Assembly: GCA_964347795.1 (NCBI GenBank)
Contig: CAYFZX010000007.1
Coordinates: 1-36,018, forward strand
Source of the DNA: an uncultured Methanomassiliicoccales archaeon
GTDB taxonomy: Archaea > Thermoplasmatota > Thermoplasmata > RBG-16-68-12 > JAJISG01
Length of the DNA: 36,018 bases
Direction of reading: 5' to 3'
Position numbers and translations under genes: made by a program. Of this stretch, positions 32,049 through 36,018 are shown piece by piece. Under the pieces are notes generated by a model, which was not told the origin of the DNA, searched no databases, and saw nothing but the letters and a program-made list of their open reading frames with translations. Position 1 is the stretch's first letter; each line of letters begins with the position of its first letter.

Positions 32049-33254
32049 GTGTTCAACGCCCATGTCGTGGAGATCGGTGACCGAGTGGACATCCGAGAGG
32101 CCGTCGAGGAAGTGGGCGTGCAGACGCGAGGCGTCCCGATTCTCACCCGCAAGGGCACCTTCCGGGCCGTCAAGCTTCACAGTATCGGCTACAGGGAGGC
32201 CCTGATAGCGAAGCAGGAGATGCTGGGAGCCGGTGGCGATGTCGCCACCCCGAAGGGTCTCGTGGACTTCTCCAAGGATGCAGTGGATGTCCTCCTCCTA
32301 GGGACCGCCCTTCATTTCCGAAGGTTCGTTGCCAAGATGAAATCTCAGCCCCTCCAGTGTGGGACCATTGCCTCTGAAGTGGAGGAGGTGTTATCGAACT
32401 ACGCGCGACGATCCTTCGCGCTCCAGTTTCCGAAGGTGGAGCTACGGCTACACAGGACCCTGGTCATGGGCGTCGTCAACGTCACGCCGGACTCCTTCTC
32501 CGACGCGGGTCAATTCTTCGAGCCTGAGTCAGCCATACGGCGAGGTGAGGAAATTGTGAGGGAGGGCGCCGATCTGCTGGATATCGGCGCGGAGTCAACC
32601 AGACCACAAAGCGAACCCATCACCACGGAGGAGGAGTGGAAACGCCTGGCGCCGGTCCTCAGGGCCCTGGTGGACCGCCTAAAGGTTCCCATTTCCGTGG
32701 ATACGTACAAACCGGAGACCGCGGAGAAGGCCCTCGACCTGGGCGCGTCAATGGTCAACGACGTCACGGGTCTCAGGGATCCTGAGATGGTAAAAGTCGT
32801 AGCCAGGTACGATGTTCCAGCCGTCATCATGCACATGAAGGGGACGCCCAAGACGATGCAGGTGAACCCGGAGTATGATGACGTGGTCGCTGACATCATT
32901 CGATATCTCAGGGAGCAGATGTCTACTGCAATCCAGGGTGGGGTCGATAAGGACAAAATCGTCATCGACCCGGGAATTGGCTTCGGAAAGACCGTTGAAC
33001 ACAACCTAACCCTCCTTCGGCGGTTGGGGGAGTTCAGGAGCCTAGGTCGACCCATCCTAATCGGAACTTCGAGGAAGTCTTTCATCGGAAAGATTCTCGG
33101 CTCAGACGTCGAAGAGCGCTTGGAGGGCAGCTTGGCCACTGCCGTCCTTGCCGCCTGGGGAGGAGCCCGGATTGTCAGGGCCCACGACGTAAGGGAAACG
33201 GTGCGAGCCGTCCGGCTGGTGGACGAGATTCGGGGCGGCACGCGGTCGGACTAG
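32049..33254 (+). CDS. folP: Dihydropteroate synthase, long form with an approximately 130-aa N-terminal domain
   Basis: The pterin-binding core is present: MGVVNVTPDSFSDAG, DIGAESTRP, SVDTY, VNDV, DPGIGFGK and SRKSF. A TATA-like GATTTAAGC at 32019-32027 lies upstream of GTG 32049. Confidence 0.88.
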   Translation: MFNAHVVEIGDRVDIREAVEEVGVQTRGVPILTRKGTFRAVKLHSIGYREALIAKQEMLGAGGDVATPKGLVDFSKDAVDVLLLGTALHFRRFVAKMKSQPLQCGTIASEVEEVLSNYARRSFALQFPKVELRLHRTLVMGVVNVTPDSFSDAGQFFEPESAIRRGEEIVREGADLLDIGAESTRPQSEPITTEEEWKRLAPVLRALVDRLKVPISVDTYKPETAEKALDLGASMVNDVTGLRDPEMVKVVARYDVPAVIMHMKGTPKTMQVNPEYDDVVADIIRYLREQMSTAIQGGVDKDKIVIDPGIGFGKTVEHNLTLLRRLGEFRSLGRPILIGTSRKSFIGKILGSDVEERLEGSLATAVLAAWGGARIVRAHDVRETVRAVRLVDEIRGGTRSD

Positions 33255-33265
33255 GAGGTAGAGGC

Positions 33266-35344
33266 ATGGGAGAGGGGCGACGACACATCCTAACTGCGGG
33301 CAACGCCTTCTGCATGATGGACCCCTCCGGAAACTTGCCACCTGGAGGCGGGTTCGGGGTCTATCTAGAGGACACGCGCCACCTGGCCCATTACGTTCTA
33401 CGCCTGAACGGGGCCGCTCCTCGCCTCGGTCGCTTCGAGAGGTCGACGACGTACTCATGTCGCGTTGACCTGCTCGAGATCCGAGAGGAACACGGGGATC
33501 CACCTGCTCTTGTACGCAGAGAAATCGTCCTCGATTCTCTGCTGCGCGAGCGCATCCAGCTGTTCAACCTCACCGGGAAGGAGAGAACCTTCCGCCTTTC
33601 GTTGGCGTTTGCGGTCGACTTCCGAGACATGTTCGAGGTTAGGGGAATAGTGCCCCGCCGAAAGCGCGCTCCGAGAGTGGACTGGGACAAGAACACCATT
33701 CAGTGGCGGCGCAGGGGGCGCGACCGAGTACCCCGGTGGACTAGGCTTCGATTCGAGCCCGAGCCGACAGAGCTCACCCGGAGGGCAGCGGAGTGGCTCA
33801 TCTCTGTGCGGCCTAAGGCGTCCGTTGACCTCACCATAGACGTCAGTTTCGGCACTGGTGAGCTCCCTTCCCTTTCCCCTGTGGGCTCCATTGACACGTT
33901 GCGTGAGAGGGCGGGAGGGCGCCATGCCGCCGCGCTGAAGCAATGGCCAGGGTTCGAGGTCGATAGTGAAGAGGTCGCTGGCTGGATGGGGCGCTCGCTG
34001 CACGACGCCATCGCCCTCCTCATGGACGTACACGGCCATCAGGTACCGGCCGCGGGGTTGCCGTGGTACGGCACGCTCTTCGGGAGGGATAGTCTCATCT
34101 TTGGGTTGGAGACCGTTGCCTTCCACCCCCGCCTGGGCCAGGAGATCCTTCGAGTCCTGGCGAGACTTCAGGGGCGGAAGGAGGACCCCCGGCGTGCTGA
34201 GGAGCCCGGAAAAATACCTCACGAACTGCAACGCGGGGAACTTGCCCGCAGCGGAGAGATTCCCTTCAATCCCTACTACGGGACCATTGACGCAACCCCA
34301 CTCTTCTTGTGTCTGTTCGAGGAGGTCTACCGATGGACCAACGACCTAGAGTTCTGCCGTGAACTCTACCCTTCCGCAGCGGCAGCAGTGGAGTTCATCC
34401 GGCGGCAGATAGAGCGGGATCCCAATGGATTCCTTAGCTACACGGGGAACGAACCCCCACGACTCCGCCATCACGGCTGGAAGGATAGCGAGGCCGCAGT
34501 GCTTCACTCCGACGGCCGTCAGCCGTCGCCTCCCATTAGCCTACCCGAAGTCCAGGGATATGTCTTCAGGGGGCTCCATGGCCATGCCAGTGTCGCTGAG
34601 GCTTTGGGGAAGGGAGAGGAGGCCCGCCGTCTTCGGCAATGGGCCGACGGACTTCAGGCGCGGTTCGACGAGGCGTTCTGGATGCCTTCCAGAGGGACCT
34701 ACGCCATGGCCGTCGACGGGAGTGGCGAGCAGGTGACCCTCGAGACAACGAATCCGGGGCACCTCCTTGCCTTTGATCTCCTTCCCCCACACCGGGCCGC
34801 CCGTGTCGTGCGACGGCTCATGCAAGATGACTTCATGACGGGATGGGGCCTCCGGACACTGGCGCAATCCCAGCCCTTCTACCACCCCCTGAGCTACCAC
34901 AACGGCTCTGTATGGCCCCATGACACGGCACTCGTCGCGTGGGGAATGGCCAGGAGTGGCTTCCGAGACGAGGCTTCCAAACTCTACCATGCCCTCCTGG
35001 AGGCGGCTCGCGCCTTCGATTACCGCTTGCCTGAACTCTATGGGGGCTTCGCTCGACATCGAGCCGGAGCTCCCGTCCCGATCCCGAAGGCCTGCGACTT
35101 TCAGGCCTGGGTCGCCGGTGCTCCCTTCCTCCTCCTGCGCGCCTTCCTCGGACTGGAGGCAGAGGCTTCGGTGGGGAGGCTCCGTCTACAGCCCTACTTG
35201 CCCGCTCCGATTCGCCACCTGCACATTCAATCCCTTCCCGTGGGCGAGAGCCTAGCCGATCTGTGGGTCGAAGGCCAGGGCCCTGAGGCGGAGGCAAGTG
35301 TCGAGTGGACTGAAGGTCCCTCCCTGGAGGTCCACGAGATTTGA
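33266..35344 (+). CDS. Amylo-alpha-1,6-glucosidase / archaeal-type glycogen debranching enzyme (GDE_N plus GDE_C)
   Basis: The 692-aa ORF carries GLPWYGTLFGRDSLI, EPGKIPHE, YYGTIDATPLF, GWKDS, WPHD and other motifs of the (alpha/alpha)6 GDE_C family. Confidence 0.86.
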   Translation: MGEGRRHILTAGNAFCMMDPSGNLPPGGGFGVYLEDTRHLAHYVLRLNGAAPRLGRFERSTTYSCRVDLLEIREEHGDPPALVRREIVLDSLLRERIQLFNLTGKERTFRLSLAFAVDFRDMFEVRGIVPRRKRAPRVDWDKNTIQWRRRGRDRVPRWTRLRFEPEPTELTRRAAEWLISVRPKASVDLTIDVSFGTGELPSLSPVGSIDTLRERAGGRHAAALKQWPGFEVDSEEVAGWMGRSLHDAIALLMDVHGHQVPAAGLPWYGTLFGRDSLIFGLETVAFHPRLGQEILRVLARLQGRKEDPRRAEEPGKIPHELQRGELARSGEIPFNPYYGTIDATPLFLCLFEEVYRWTNDLEFCRELYPSAAAAVEFIRRQIERDPNGFLSYTGNEPPRLRHHGWKDSEAAVLHSDGRQPSPPISLPEVQGYVFRGLHGHASVAEALGKGEEARRLRQWADGLQARFDEAFWMPSRGTYAMAVDGSGEQVTLETTNPGHLLAFDLLPPHRAARVVRRLMQDDFMTGWGLRTLAQSQPFYHPLSYHNGSVWPHDTALVAWGMARSGFRDEASKLYHALLEAARAFDYRLPELYGGFARHRAGAPVPIPKACDFQAWVAGAPFLLLRAFLGLEAEASVGRLRLQPYLPAPIRHLHIQSLPVGESLADLWVEGQGPEAEASVEWTEGPSLEVHEI

Positions 35345-35437
35345 TCCTGGCATCCTCTTCGCCACTTTCACCCATCCCCCACCTGTCCGCCCTTTTATGA
35401 TCAGCCCTCAAGAACTCAATAAGATCGGGGGCAGGAA

Positions 35438-36018
35438 TTGCAGGGCTGGATCATCGACGCCTATGCGGACTACAGGAGGGACTCCATAGTCCTATGGCTC
35501 TGGACCCACCAGGGCGTACGCCGCATCGAGGACCCCGGCTTCCGACCCCGCTTCTACGTCCACAGCGAGCACCAGGGCCTGGGGGAGATGAGGAGGCGGT
35601 TGGAGAGCCTCGATCGGGTCGAGCGGGTGGAGAGGGCCCACAGGAAGATCGACATCCAGTCCGAGGAAGTCGCGGAGGTCCTCGAGGTCTGGCCAGAACG
35701 ATACCGAGACCTGCAGCACCTGGCCGAGCTCGTCAGTCGTGAGGGAGGGTACAACGACTACCGGTTGTATGACGTGGACCTGCGCTATGGCTACCGGTAC
35801 TTCCTGAAGCACGACCTCCTCCCCTTGGGGCTGGTGGAGTACAACGGACGCTGGAGGAGGCTGGAGGACCCCTTCGCCCTAGAGTACGACTTGCCTCCTC
35901 TGAAGAGTGCAGGGTTGACCATCCGCGTGGAGGCACCCCTCGGTCTTCCCCGATATGAGGATAGGCTGCTAGAGGCCCGGCTGGGTGAGACCGTTCTTGA
36001 GGGCGGGGAGGAGGAGAT
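35438..36018 (+). CDS. polB: Family-B DNA polymerase, N-terminal part (partial, runs off the window)
   Basis: My own translation from TTG 35438 gives (M)QGWIIDAYADYRRDSIVLWLWTHQGVRRIEDPGFRPRFYVHSE...GYNDYRLYDVDLRYGYRYFLKHDLLPLG... with no stop to the window end. This N-terminal pattern is typical of archaeal PolB. An SD-like GGGGG lies 7-11 nt upstream, and a TATA-like CTTTTATG sits at 35392-35399. The gene is absent from the ORF track because it has no stop in the window. Confidence 0.78.
   Translation, partial: MQGWIIDAYADYRRDSIVLWLWTHQGVRRIEDPGFRPRFYVHSEHQGLGEMRRRLESLDRVERVERAHRKIDIQSEEVAEVLEVWPERYRDLQHLAELVSREGGYNDYRLYDVDLRYGYRYFLKHDLLPLGLVEYNGRWRRLEDPFALEYDLPPLKSAGLTIRVEAPLGLPRYEDRLLEARLGETVLEGGEEE

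Noticed and set aside
1-36018. Search for CRISPR arrays, transposases or integrases, toxin-antitoxin pairs, restriction-modification or other defence modules, and rRNA genes
   Set aside because: I found no regularly spaced direct repeats, no recombinase-like ORFs and no terminal inverted repeats. HerA and NurA sit in their canonical Mre11-Rad50 context rather than in a defence-type pairing.

Overview
This is a GC-rich archaeal chromosomal segment, densely packed on both strands. I support about 38 protein genes plus one tRNA. I saw no CRISPR array, transposase, integrase or rRNA.

Gene content falls into four groups:
- **DNA replication and repair:** a co-directional mre11-rad50-nurA-herA cluster, a degenerate RadB-like RecA-fold protein, a DHH/DHHA1 RecJ-like nuclease, Orc1/Cdc6 coupled to a DUF835 protein, and the 5' end of a family-B DNA polymerase that the ORF track misses.
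- **Translation and RNA:** tRNA-Gly, fibrillarin, ribosomal protein uS15, deoxyhypusine synthase and archaeal-type ThrRS.
- **Glycogen and sugar metabolism:** a NUDIX hydrolase, a GalT-type transferase, a GT5 GlgA, an ADP-dependent sugar kinase, a GT4 GlgM-like transferase and, further on, a GDE-type debranching enzyme.
- **Assorted metabolism and regulators:** PurP, long-form DHPS, an MBL hydrolase, a CocE/NonD hydrolase, GNAT, VOC, YciI, a stand-alone RAM domain, a tandem RHH protein and a C2H2 zinc-finger protein.

Several ORF-track starts look too long. I re-set them using TATA-like boxes about 25-30 nt upstream of internal start codons, which suggests many transcripts are leaderless.

I found no obvious new multi-gene system such as a defence island. 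The most unusual observations are:
- Rad50 has no CxxC zinc hook.
- The RadB-like protein beside the DSB-repair cluster has lost its Walker A and B motifs.
- orc1/cdc6 and the DUF835 gene overlap by GTGA, suggesting translational coupling.
- Two repeat-helical proteins carry C-terminal zinc ribbons.
- A single-chain tandem RHH regulator sits behind a palindromic candidate operator.
- Two small conserved genes have an ATG that is out of frame with the conserved body.
- The tRNA-Gly has C33.

All family assignments come from motif recognition by eye and need database confirmation.
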